Assembly (NCBI RefSeq): GCF_009834535.1
Contig: NC_045701.1
Span: 92,566,001 to 92,630,000 of the forward strand
Direction of reading: 5' to 3'
Source of the DNA: Camelus ferus
Lineage: Eukaryota
Length of the DNA stretch: 64,000 nucleotides
Below are positions 24,107 through 35,643 of the stretch, piece after piece (position 1 is the stretch's first letter; each line of letters starts with the position of its first letter). The position numbers and the translations under genes were made by a program. Below the pieces are notes generated by a model. That model was given only the letters and a program-made list of their open reading frames with translations. It was not told the DNA's origin and did no database searches.

Positions 24107-24272
24107 CAGCATTGTGACTTTCTGCTTGGCTGGTTAAAGGTCCAGTTTTCTTGTCGTGTAAACTCATGTTTTACATTATAGATGTCAGTCACCCTAGGAT
24201 GAGATCAGGATGTCTGTGAGACAGCATGATAAAATAATTCTGTTGCTTCATGAAAATAAGTTTCTCTTCCAG

Positions 24273-24380
24273 GTTGTGCTGGCAGGTGCTTTTTATCCAA
24301 ATTACTTCACTTTTGGGCAGCCTGACGAAGAGATGGCAGTGCGGGAGCTGGCGGGCAAAGACCCAAAGACCACCGTTGTG
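24273..24380 (+). CDS. TDRD9: TDRD9 exon 15/29
   Basis: ctcttccag| VVLAGAFYPNYFTFGQPDEEMAVRELAGKDPKTTVV |gtaggt. Confidence 0.96.
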
Positions 24381-26252
24381 GTAGGTGGGCCCTCCCCGGG
24401 GGGCGGGGGGCTGAGCTGTCGGTTTCTAGCAGGGGCTTCACTCCAGCGTGGCTGATGCGGAGCGTTTTCTCTCTTCATTCGTCTCTGTTTGTATGAGTAC
24501 TGAGTGGATCTTCCCCTGAAGTGAGTGTTACGGCCTTTCACACACACCTCCTGCTTCCAGTCTTGCTTCCCTTTCTGCAGACCTGGTCGTGAAAGAAAGT
24601 CCTAAGATGTTATGTGTTCATTAGCCTGGTGTTGATCGATCGTGTGCCATTGTGAGGGATTTGAGAGACTTCTCCATGAATTTAAGGACGTTTAGTTAAC
24701 CAGCAGCTTCATTTCACACAAGTGGAGACAGTTTGGTTGGCAGCATTGCTGTGGTTTACACTCCAATCCCCATTCGTGCCCAACAGAACCACCTGGAGAG
24801 GGTCTGTTTCAGAATTCAGACTGAAGGGCCCCTGCCGCACAGCTGAGCTAGAGAGTGCGGCCTGGACAGCAGTGTTCAGTAGCCCGTGCTTTTAGCACAT
24901 GCTCTGGGAGAACCTGATGGTCAGTCACAGGCGCTGACTGTTGGGCCAACATCTGTGGACCTCTGTTTGAACCTGAGCACAGAACAGCCTCAGGACACAG
25001 CGGGAGTGGAGCGTTTGGGAACCAGACTCTTCTTGGCCTGCGTCTAATAAAGGGCACAGAGCACTTAGCAGAGTCCCTGGCGTACAGTAAATGCTCCATT
25101 TTCATTCCTGTTAGTGTTTCCATCGCTACTGTTACTGAAGAGGTGGAGTTCAAAGGGCGGGTGTCACGGATTCCCGGAGCACTGCAGACAGAGCACTGGA
25201 CGGGAGCTGGAGCTCACGCTGGGCGCTCGCAGCTAACTTGCAGTTTATACCAAGGGAGGGGATTTTCATTTAAAAGGTGGTCATTAGCCTTTGGTTGCTA
25301 TTGAGGAGGTATGATGGGGCCCCAGCCCTCCTGGTGGGCTTCCTCTCCCCGCTGGGGCTGATCTCCCTGGCCTGTGCGCTGGGGGAAGAGCCCCGCGGGA
25401 CACTCCCCCTCTGCGGAGCTGTGCCTGCCTGCTGCTCCCCGTGCCCCCGGGGGCCAGAAGAATGCCTGCTGTGTGTGTGGCAGAGCTGGCCTTACCGTCT
25501 GAGAGGGCCTCTGTTAAGGGCTTTGACTCGTTGTTCTCTGAGCGTCACGCTGACTCTGAGTGGGGATCTGTCTTCATCCTTAGCTGATGACGCAGCTGGG
25601 GAGTCCTGGGGCATCCATCACCTGCCTCAGGAAACTTGACAAGCAGGATTTGAACGCAGGCCTGAGTCCACAGCTCTTGTTTTTCGTCCACCCGCTGCCT
25701 CTCCTGGAGTTGTGTGGGCCCTGGGATAAGTAGGACCTGGTCCCAGGGGCAGGCACTCCAGGTTTCGTGCTGGAGCCAGAGCTCGGAGCGCGAGCCTCCC
25801 TGCCGTGGGGAGGAAGCACGTCGGGCGGCGGAGATGGGCAGCCCCGGCTGGGCAGGTGGGGTGTGAGTTTACCTCTGGCTCTGGGCGTGAGGAAATTCTG
25901 CCTCCTCTGACTAGTGGTGTATTTTCCTTGAAAGTTTAAGTTCCCGTTACTGTTTGTGTAGAAACAATTATGTTTTAAAAAGATGTGTTTAGTCAGCTTG
26001 ATGATTTTTAGGTTAAAAAAACAGGTCTTCATTTTTCTTTTGGACTTTTGAACTATTTTAACAGGAAGAATTAGCCAGTATTTGACATGTGTTTATCATT
26101 AAACTCACTTATAATCTAAACGTCATCAGTCATTACACACGGTGCCCTAGAGCCTGCCTCTGATGGTGAGAGGCAGCGTGCTCTGTGTGGACGCAGCAGC
26201 TGTCCTGCCAGCCCTTCGCCTGCTCTCACCGAGGCCCTGTTGTGTCTTGCAG

Positions 26253-26353
26253 CTGAAGCACATCCCTCCCTATGGGTTTCTCTACTACAAACAACTGCAG
26301 TCTCTCTTCAGACAGTGCGGCCAAGTCAAATCCATCGTGTTTGATGGCGCGAA
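26253..26353 (+). CDS. TDRD9: TDRD9 exon 16/29
   Basis: gtcttgcag| LKHIPPYGFLYYKQLQSLFRQCGQVKSIVFDGA(K) |gtaagt. Confidence 0.96.
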
Positions 26354-27639
26354 GTAAGTAGCGTGCTTTAGCTGTCTGCTGCAGTCGGGAAAGAACCGTG
26401 AGGGCCTCGCGTTTATGGGCCCAGTTGTGTAAAGTGAGCGCGTGTGGACATGGGTCTTCCCGAGGGCCGCTGCAGGCATGCTTGCAGTGGAGCTCTGCTT
26501 TCTCTTGTTGTCAGTAGCAGTTTATCTTGTCTTGCAACCAAGTGACCTCCTCCAGGTTCTAAGCTGTGTGGCCAGCGGCCTGATGCCCAGAAGGCTGAGC
26601 AGCGCGCCGAGGTGCTGAGAGCGGCTGTCCCTGGTGCGTCTGTCCCCGGTCTCACAGCGAGTTACCCCCAGGTCACTGGTGCCCACAGGAGAGCTTATCC
26701 GCCTAGAGTTACTTAGAACTTCCGAGGTCTGAATATTTTTGGAAGACAAAAACTGCAGTTACACCTGACCTTATTTTAATGGCAGGTGAGGACGGGCGGT
26801 GTGTTTTGGAGAATCGCTTTGAGTTTTCACCTCCAAGAAGGAATGTTTGTGCACAGAAAAGGCTGTTTACAGTTTTAAAATTGATTTTTAAGTTTTTAGA
26901 AATATTTTTCTGGTGTTCTATAAATTTTATTTAACATACAAAGCTGTGTAAATTTAGCACATAGGAAACTTAGTTTTTCTTTGATTAATGTCTAATAACT
27001 CAAGTTAAACATACTCACTCCTAAAATTTGGGCTAATTGCTTCAGACAGTTTAAGCTCCGTTCCTATGACTAATGTATTGGTTTTCTCTGTAAGTGTGTG
27101 AATGCCTCATGTGGCAAATTCACAACCCTAATTAGAACCTTTCTCAGTACTTTCATCTGCTGCAGGTTTAACTAAACGTACAGTGTCTCGAGTTTGCTCA
27201 GATAATCTACCACAAGTTACAGCAGTCAGACTCCTGGTCACGTGTGTGACGTTGCCTATTTGAAACTGGGCTCGCAGCTGTGGTCCTGCCGGAGTGTGCG
27301 GGGCCCCGGCTGCAGGCATGGGGCTGCTCCCCCGGCTGGTCTGGGTGGGCAGCATCTGGCCTCTCGCCCCTGGCAGCCCCTGGCAGCCCCTGGCCTTGGT
27401 CTTCACTGCAGGCTTGGAGTCTGTGTGCGCCAGGGCTCTCTCTGTAGATGTTTTAAGTCTATGATTCCTCATAGATTTCTGATGTATGGTCACAATACCA
27501 ATGTCATGCCAATCACTTGAGGGTGTAACAGTGTTCCTCTGGGTGTAACAGTTCCTGTGTGTCAAATTTTAAAGGCAAAAATGACATAAAATAGTGGTTG
27601 AAAGAGTAAAGCCTGCCCCTCTTGGCACCAAGCAGGGCC

Positions 27640-28600
27640 TGCTGAGAGCAGCGCCCGTGTGAGGTGAAGGGCCCCGGAGCAGGGCTCCTGTGTGGACGTC
27701 TGGAAGTTTTCGGTTCAGTGAGTTGGGGGGGGGGTGCCTGTCGTGAAGGGTCGTGGGAGAGGCCCGGGTGTTCGGAAGACCTAGCTGAGGCTCAGAGTAG
27801 GAGCAGAAGTGCTCACTTGGTGCCTCTCGGGAGATGTTTGGGTGGGCTTTGGAGAGGAGGAGGCCGCAGGCGAGCGGGCGGGGCAGGCAGGGTTGGCTTG
27901 GGCTCAGGCAGGAGCCAGGAGTGCAGAGCTGTGGTTTGGGGAAGTGCAGGGCATGGGCAGGAGCCAGAAGCCGCTTTGCCTGGAGCTGGTTTTGTGTCAG
28001 GTCGAGTCTGAACAGGGGGAGGTCAGACGTGGTCCCTTTTTTTGGGGGGGGGGGCGGAGGTTGAGGTGGTTAGGCTTTTGTTTATTTATTTTAATGGGGG
28101 TGTTGGGGACTGAACCCAGGACCTCCGGTACATTAAGCACTCCTCCACTGAGCACCCCCCCCCAGGCGCTGTCTTCTGGATGGTGTCTGTGGCCAGCTGA
28201 CTGGTATGGACATGACTAGATGGGCAGTTGAGACCCCTGAGGGTTCCAGTCTGAACTGTGTCTTGTGGAACTTAGGAAATGAGGACGAGGAGAGGAAATC
28301 AGAGTCAGTCCACTCAGCAGCCGTCCAGCCAGAGGGAGTGAGATGCGAGCGTGAGCTGGGTGGGCGTTTGCAGTGCCCGGAGGTGGCGGGGGTGGGGTGG
28401 GGGGGTGGTGATCTGGCTGCGGGGCTGGGGGTGGGGATGGAGGGAGCAGAGCAGAGGGTCAGGGCCTGGCCTCACACTGATGAGGGGGCTGCACGGGGTG
28501 GGGGGCTGTCACGGGCTTGGCTCCCGCCACATGTTGAGTTGGAAATACTCAGGAAAGATGAGAGTCTTGGAAATGAGGTCTAGGGTTTAAAAGGAATTAC
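27640..28600 (+). mobile_element. L2-like remnant interrupted by a SINE
   Basis: Purine-rich degenerate segments such as gagctgtggtttggggaagtg and gactagatgggcagttgaga recall L2 3' ORF region; boundaries approximate. Confidence 0.4.
28036..28163 (-). mobile_element. Camelid tRNA-derived SINE (Vic-1 type), more diverged
   Basis: Reverse complement of gggggtgctcagtggaggagtgcttaatgtaccggaggtcctgggttcagtccccaacacccccattaaaataaataaac. Confidence 0.75.
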
Positions 28601-29557
28601 TTCTGAGAGAGACTTGGAAGCCGCCTGGAGAAAGAGGATAGAAATGGAAGGGAGTGAATGAAGTGGAGGCCAGGAGGAGAGCGCGTGTGGTGGCTCCTGT
28701 GGTACGGGGGAGGAGGCTGAGAGGGAGGTGGGCTGGGACCGTGCAGTGGACAGAGGAGGGGAGGCCAGGGGCCGAGAGGGCAGGCCGGGCAGGGCACGGG
28801 CTGAACCGCCACTCCACCCTCACGCTGGGGCCACACTTGATGCTCTTCACAGCTCGGGGCCCTTCCAGGTCTGTCAGGTTGGCACAGTCCCACGACAGCA
28901 GCGGGAGGGGCGTGAGTCTGTCAGTATGATGTTTTGACCCAGGAGGTTTTGACCTTCACATATAAATAAATGCAAACTTGAAGCTTTTTTCCTTGATACC
29001 AGGAAATGCCTGGCAGGCACCCTTATGCGTCCTTGATTCTCCCCTCAGAGAGGGGCTGGGGTAGGACCCTGGGATGTGGGAGGGATGGTAAGGGTGGGTG
29101 CTCATCAGCATCACTGGGTAGTAGACTGGATGTTCTTGGAGGGAGGGCGGGGAGGTAACTGAACTCCTCAGTCGTGTGGGTGTCTCTGTCTGCATCTTTA
29201 CAAAAAAACAAACTCCCAAATCTCTCACTGTATTCTAATTATGAGGATTCAGGTTTCTTAGCTGAAAATTCCATTTGAACTCAGTCTCTATTCTGCATTA
29301 GATGCTGCATAATACATACGGGTGATCCTTGGTTTTACTTTAATGATACGGCATTGTAATTTGTGTTTCTCTTAAGTGAATAATTTCCTCTTAAGTGAAT
29401 ACTTTTTGATTAACTGCAGAATGAAGCGTTGCTGGTGTTCTGAGGAGACGTGTAACTGAAAATCTCTGTCTAGTCTTGAGAGAAACTAACATGCACTTAG
29501 TTCTTTTTTTACAGACACCTGACAAATTTGTTTTTTTCATTTGTATTTGTGGAGCAG

Positions 29558-29731
29558 AGCCTTCGTGGAGTTTTCACGGAATCCGACAGAGAGGTTTAAA
29601 ACTCTCCTCGCGGTGTACATGGCAATTAAGATGTCTCAGCTCAAAGTCTCCCTTGAACTCAGCGTTCACTCTGCAGAGGACATTGAAGGGAAGGTGCTCG
29701 GAGGGGCGGTGTCAAAGCTCAGGAACACAAG
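29558..29731 (+). CDS. TDRD9: TDRD9 exon 17/29
   Basis: ttgtggagcag| (K)AFVEFSRNPTERFKTLLAVYMAIKMSQLKVSLELSVHSAEDIEGKVLGGAVSKLRNT(R) |gtattt. Confidence 0.95.
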
Positions 29732-29869
29732 GTATTTTCAGACGGGAGGCGGGCATGACCTGTCTGCCTGCTCTCACATTTTCAAATATTATTTCTAAAC
29801 AGCTGTTCTCCCTTGCTCAAGCTCACACTGGAAGCGCTGGCGCTGTACCTGGGCAGCGCTGCTTCAGAT

Positions 29870-30030
29870 CCTGGGGTCATCATCTTCTGGCTGTGTGTGC
29901 TGGGGCACATTGCTTGACCTCTCTGAACCTCAGTGGTTTCACCTGTTTATAATAGATGTGATGCCTGCTGTGCAAGGCTCTTTGGAGGACTGAGTGGAGT
30001 CGTTTATGTAATTTTCAGTTTAGACCACAG
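29870..30030 (+). mobile_element. MIR remnant
   Basis: ctggctgtgtgtgctggggcacattgcttgacctctctgaacctcagtggtttcacctgttt core. Confidence 0.65.
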
Positions 30031-31259
30031 GGATTAAACGTAATGTAGTTTTCTTTTTCCTCCTTATATTTGTTAATTTTCTCTCTTTTTAAGCACCTTT
30101 ATCGTGGTGTGGCTCCTGCACAGTAAGCTGCACGTGTTTCAGATGCGCGCTCTGATGGAGTTTGGTAGCTGTATACACTGTTTTCTCTTTTTAAGCAAAG
30201 TGGAATATTTCTTGTCCTTAGCAGAGCCGACAGTGGGGCAGAGTGGAGATGCTTCCCTCCCGAGCCTCCCTTCCTTGTTGGGCAGGGTCTCTCCCTTCAC
30301 CTGCTTGGTGCAGGAGGGAGAGCTGCCCAGAGCAGTGGCCTCCCTGCTGGGCAGCTGCCATGGACATGGGACCTGGAACCTCGCTTGCAGGTTTCTCCTC
30401 TGGGACCAAATTAAAGTCAGCATTCTGTGTTATAGTGTGTTCTCACAGTACTGTCTGCGGGAATTCTCAAGTACCATTTCTGGTTTGCAGCCTTTTTAAC
30501 CCTATGAGGAAGGTGACAGGAGCTTGAGGCATTGGTGAGGAAGGGAAGGAGGTTCATTCAGTTTCATCCAGCGTGGGATGTTCTGCTTCGGAGAGCTGGA
30601 GAGTTCCGTGGGTTCAGGCTGTAACACAGAGTAGACCTGCCCTGCTGGGTGGTTTTGCCTCAGTCACTCCTATTTAACAAGTGGATCTGAAGATGAGGAG
30701 GAGAGGTGGACCAGCATTTCTTATAATTCCTCCTCTTCATTTAAGAATAAAGTTACGAGGAAATAAATTTTTGTCAAATTTATGTTTCATCTCCCAAAAT
30801 TTAAGCATCTACTATATTATTGCTTTAAGGGAGAAATGGTATTTCTTGGGTTCATTAGAAAATCTTGTGTGTGTCTTCTAACAACATTCCACGGGCGTGG
30901 ACTCTTGTGGCTTTCTGAAGTTCAGAGTCACTCACCTCGACACCACAAGCTAGGAGACACTGCAGGCCCCAGATTCAGAATTTACATCCTTGGAAGATAT
31001 TTCATCAGAGTCTGGACCTTTAGAATATATTCCTGAAGGATGGTAGGTAACTGCTGGGTGCAGCCCACCCCCGGGGGGCTCAGGAAGCTGCAGAAACTCA
31101 CATTTGAGACAAAATCAAATTTGACATCTCTGGCGTTAGGTATTTTATTAAAATGTTCTTTTCTTGTAGGAACAGTGGAATAGTTCAGGCAGTAACTGCA
31201 TGTGTAAACATGTTTTCTTTGTAACACTCGATTGCTTTTTTAAAAAACTGTATTAATAG

Positions 31260-31371
31260 GGTGAATGTGGACTTCCAGAAGCAGACGGTAGATCCCATGC
31301 AAGTCTCCTTCAACACACTGGACGGATCCCAGATGGTCACAGATCTCCTTTTAACAATCGATGTCACAGAG
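31260..31371 (+). CDS. TDRD9: TDRD9 exon 18/29
   Basis: tattaatag| (R)VNVDFQKQTVDPMQVSFNTLDGSQMVTDLLLTIDVTE |gtgaga. Confidence 0.95.
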
Positions 31372-32470
31372 GTGAGAATGGTGGGACCCAGTCACTGGAG
31401 CTTCTCTGTCTTCTTAATGCAGGCCTGGCACGCTGTGCACGTGACATACTGGACTGTGGACACATGCAGCCTGAGTGCGGCACCGTCTGCACTTGACCCT
31501 TGAGCAGCGTGGGGGTGAATTCCTGGATGGCTTAGAGTTGGCCCGCTCTGTGGTCCCTCTGTGCCCTTGGATTCGAACACCCACGGGCCGGGCTCACTGT
31601 TGCGCTGTGGTGCTCACTGTTGGAAAGCGTCCCTGTAAGGGCGCCCTGGCAGGTCAGACCCGGGTTGTTCGCACCTGGTGAGCTTGAATTGCAGTATTTG
31701 TTAAACGGAATTGTGGCTGTAACACAAAATGAAGGACAGATGCGTATTCTAGAATCAAAGTTTAATCTTTAAAATGTTAGTACGTTTAAACTGCTAAAAA
31801 AATCAGTTTAAGTGACAAGATAGGTGTGAAAATCTTAATTGGCCTCATGATATTTGTGTAGTTCAAAGTATAACAACAAAGCTAGCCCTGGCGCTGCTGT
31901 CTGTCAGGTATGGTTTCTGCTTATTCATAGTAAAATCCCAGTTAAAATGCATCGCGTCTCCTGGTGAGCCCGTGGCTGCCCTTTGTTGGGAGACTTCATG
32001 GAGAAACCTGGATTCCAGGCGATTGCCGGATGCTGGTGGGGTGGGCTCTTGCCGTCCCGTGGCCGCGGGGCGGGGCGCTCCCCAGCGGGGTCCTTTTGGA
32101 TGGAACGTCCTCTCTCCCGTTCCTCCGCTGCTCGTCCCCTGGGCTGTGCGTTCACACCCAGCCCTCGCCACCCTGGAGGGCGCCTGCCAGCCCGTGGGGC
32201 TGCTCGGAGACAGAGCAGTTCTTTCTTACACGCCCCTCAGAGCCTTCAGTGCTTGTGTGTGTGAGCGAGTCTTGCACCTCCAGGAGGGGATGTAGTACAC
32301 ACTTCCTCGCCTCACCTGAGCCAGAAACCCCTTTCTTCCTAGTGGGCACCTCCTAGAAGCCTGTAGAACACTTAGGTTCCCAGGACTGGAGTTGCGAGTG
32401 CGGTAGCTGGACGTCAGCCCTGCAGTTGAGCTTTCTAGGTTTCACCTGTGCTCCTCCTCCTCCTTTTTAG

Positions 32471-32683
32471 GTGGTTGAAGTGGGGCACTTTTGGGGATAT
32501 AGGATTGACGAAAAAAACTCCGAGATTCTCAAGAAGCTCACTGCTGAAATAAACCGCCTGAAGTTGCTGCCCTTGGCCGTCCACCCGCACCCGGACTTGG
32601 TCTGTCTGGCTCCTTTCGCTGATTTTGATAAAGAAAGCTACTTCAGAGCGCAGATCCTTTATGTTTCTGGAGATTCTGCTGAG
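32471..32683 (+). CDS. TDRD9: TDRD9 exon 19/29 (Tudor domain, first part)
   Basis: tcctttttag| VVEVGHFWGYRIDEKNSEILKKLTAEINRLKLLPLAVHPHPDLVCLAPFADFDKESYFRAQILYVSGDSAE |gtatgt. Confidence 0.97.
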
Positions 32684-32904
32684 GTATGTTCTTCTGTCAC
32701 AAATCAGTCAAAGGGAAATGAGAGAAACCTACAGCAGTTGGCTGGAAGCCTTTTCTGATTTTAAATGGGAATTAAACATAGTCTGGTGGGAAAGTTGTTT
32801 CTCTGAGTGACGGGAGGACTTAAGCCCCAGTCGCTGCGAATCCCGTGGTGGTGGCGCCGCAGCGGGGCTGACGGGGCTGTGGGGTGTGCGCCCTCCTCTT
32901 CCAG

Positions 32905-32994
32905 GTCTTCTTCGTGGACTACGGCAACCGGGCTCACGTCGCTCTGCATCTCCTGATGGAGATGCCCTGTCAGTTTCTGGAGCTGCCGTTTCAG
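32905..32994 (+). CDS. TDRD9: TDRD9 exon 20/29 (Tudor FVDYGN)
   Basis: ctcttccag| VFFVDYGNRAHVALHLLMEMPCQFLELPFQ |gtgaga. Confidence 0.97.
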
Positions 32995-33568
32995 GTGAGA
33001 TGGAGCGGCTCCCGGGGTGTGAGCAGGGAGGTGGGGGTGGGGTGGGGGGGTGGCCACGGCCGTGTGGCCCGCAGCCTCGCCCTCAGCTCAGGCTGAGGCC
33101 GCCGGCAGGGAGGACTCGCTCTGTCACACTCGCCAGGTTTGGTTTCTGCTTTTTTCCAAAAACACTGCTGTAGGTTTTTTTTTTTTTTTTCCAATACTTC
33201 TTTTGTAATGAGTTTAAATATATAGAGGGTTTTAAACTTAGTAAAAAGTAGTTGTTTTAATTCAGTGGTATTTTCTAATGCTGTGTCTAAGGTTTATGTT
33301 GAAAGCAGACAGTTAAGGCGGGCTGGAGACGCTCACACATGCACCTTCTGCCAGTGTGGAGAGGTGTAGAAGTTGTTTTGTTGATGTTGAAAAGCAAAAC
33401 TGAGTTTTTTTACCTATAAAGTCTTCCCTAACCCCCAAATTGTTTTTGGTAGGACATTTATGAGATCAGTGGTGAAGACACCTGGGCCAGGGGCACTTGT
33501 CAGTGGCGTGTGGCTGAGCATTCCACTCGTTTACAGGACTGGCTCAGCCGTGCGCTTCTGTCCCGTAG

Positions 33569-33829
33569 GCCCTGGAATTTAAGATTTGCAAAATGCGCCC
33601 ATCCGCAAGGTCTCTGGTGTGTGGTGAGCCCTGGAGCAGCGGGGCCAGCCAGCGGTTTGCCTCCCTGGTCAGCGGCTGCGCCCTCCTGGTGAAGGTCTTC
33701 TCTGTTGTGCACAGCGTCCTGCATGTGGACGTGTACCGCTGCTCGGGGGTCCAGGATGCCGTCAACATCCGAGACGTCCTGGTCACTGAGGGCCACGCCG
33801 AGCTGGCCGAGGAGCCCTATGCGTCCAAG
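33569..33829 (+). CDS. TDRD9: TDRD9 exon 21/29
   Basis: tcccgtag| ALEFKICKMRPSARSLVCGEPW...DVLVTEGHAELAEEPYASK (87 codons) |gtacgc. Confidence 0.96.
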
Positions 33830-34670
33830 GTACGCACTTCGCCCTGTTGGAGCGTGTGTGAGGGGGTGCAGAGAGCCGGAGGATGAACGCAGTGTCTGGT
33901 AACCGTGTGTTACCATCAGTACCATTTTAAACATTAGGTTTCTTTGAGACCAGATTACCTGGCTGGGTGTTTTTTTTGTTGTTGGTTTTCTATTCTGAAG
34001 CTGTTATCTGTTGTCTTTCTTCTTGGAATGAAAATTAGATGTGAAAACGTTCTCTGTTGGAGGGTTTTTTTTAATGGATTCCAAGATTTATCTCCCTAAT
34101 GAAATAATTAATAAAATGTTTCATGTATTTCAGACATTTCACTATGTTCAACTGTTTCTTCCAAAGTCAGTTCTGAAGCTATTTTTCTTGATCTGAAGTT
34201 TTCAGAGATGCCACTTTGAGGCTTATGTTGAAGACAGTTTTCCTTCTGTAATTTCTGCAGAGGAGTTGGGGCTGAGTTGGGGAAGGGACAGGCAGGCAGA
34301 AAAAACGTCCCTAGAGAGCTGGCTGGGTTTGTGTTTCCATGTTGGAGAACACTTCTGGGGACCCTGGTAATATTCCCAGTGTGAAACTGAAGTTTTATAT
34401 ACGAAAAAATTGTTTTTGTCACAGTTCTCTGATGGCTGAAAGGTAAAAAGACTAATGAATTGAGCCTTCAATGAATCCTGTCTTACTTTTTTTGTTTAGG
34501 TTTTAAAATGTTCTTAATGTACTTGATAAAATTGTCTTTTGACACCTTAATGACCTAAAGCTCACCCAAGAATAAGGTTATGCCTGCGAAATACTTTGAG
34601 TAGTTTGAAATGAAGTGCTCTTAATACAGTTTTTTCTTTCAGCAAAATGAACTTTTCTTATTTTGTTCAG

Positions 34671-34826
34671 CAAAACCATGAAGTTCTCAAGGGTCTCTTT
34701 TCCAAATCAGTAGACAGCGTGACAGACAGGTCTGTGCCATCCCCGGTAAAAGATGATGAAAAGTATCTGCTCCGGGTTCTGTTAGAGAGCTTTTCTTCCA
34801 ACAAACTGGGTCACCCGAACTGCAAG
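34671..34826 (+). CDS. TDRD9: TDRD9 exon 22/29
   Basis: ttttgttcag| QNHEVLKGLFSKSVDSVTDRSVPSPVKDDEKYLLRVLLESFSSNKLGHPNCK |gtaatt. Confidence 0.94.
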
Positions 34827-35572
34827 GTAATTCAGGAGTCGTTTTAGAACTTAAAAACGTGTAATTGTGCTACGTTTATAAGCTGAGCCATCACTGGTCA
34901 TACACGGTGTTTCTGTCTCTCCTGGGGGTTAACGCTGTTGCTTTTCTCACAATGGAGCCTGTATTGATAAGAGAAAAACCCAGGGTCTAGTGTAGAGAAA
35001 TGCTTTGACTAGTTCTTCTTTTAAACCAGCCTTTCCAGAGGCGGCCAGTGATTGTTTATCAGATGGAAGGCAGCGCAGTGTGGGGTTTGGGAAGCAGTGT
35101 CAGTGCTCAGCTCAGCCCGTGGGGGTGCTCCGGCCCCTCCCGCAGCGGCGCTGGAGGCGGGGCTGCCTGCGCTGTTTGGAGGAGAGGGCTGGCTGGAATG
35201 TCCCCTCCCCGGGGACATTGCTGTTGCTGCCCCGCCTCTTGCTGTGCTGTCTTAGGCCTGCTGATTTCGCTGGGCTGACGTGCTGCAGTGAGAAGGCAGC
35301 AGCTTTTCTAAAGCACTGGGCACGGTTTCCTTCTGTGACCAAAGGCCTTGTTAAGTATGTATTTTGAGGAATGTTAGTGAAACCGTTGAAGAGGTCTGTT
35401 GCATCCCAGAAAATAACCTTCTTTAAGGCGTTTCCCCCTCTGAATCTTACAGATGTTATGACTGAGGTGAAGCTTTTTCCTTTTTAAACCATGAGCTGAC
35501 TTTTGGATTTTTAAAATGTGTGTTAAATGATATTTCACTTATTGGTAACATTCTGTGTATTTATGTGTACAG

Positions 35573-35643
35573 GCGATACTTCATGGGCCGTTTAACCCTT
35601 ATGAACTGAAGTGTCATAGTCTGACCAGAATATCCAAGTTCAG
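35573..35643 (+). CDS. TDRD9: TDRD9 exon 23/29
   Basis: gtgtacag| AILHGPFNPYELKCHSLTRISKF(R) |gtatga. Confidence 0.95.

Noticed and set aside
27521-29401. Small direct repeats (GGGTGTAACAGT at 27521/27541; CTCTTAAGTGAATA at 29369/29388)
   Set aside because: Ordinary ~20-bp slippage duplications with no insert between the copies and no functional cue.
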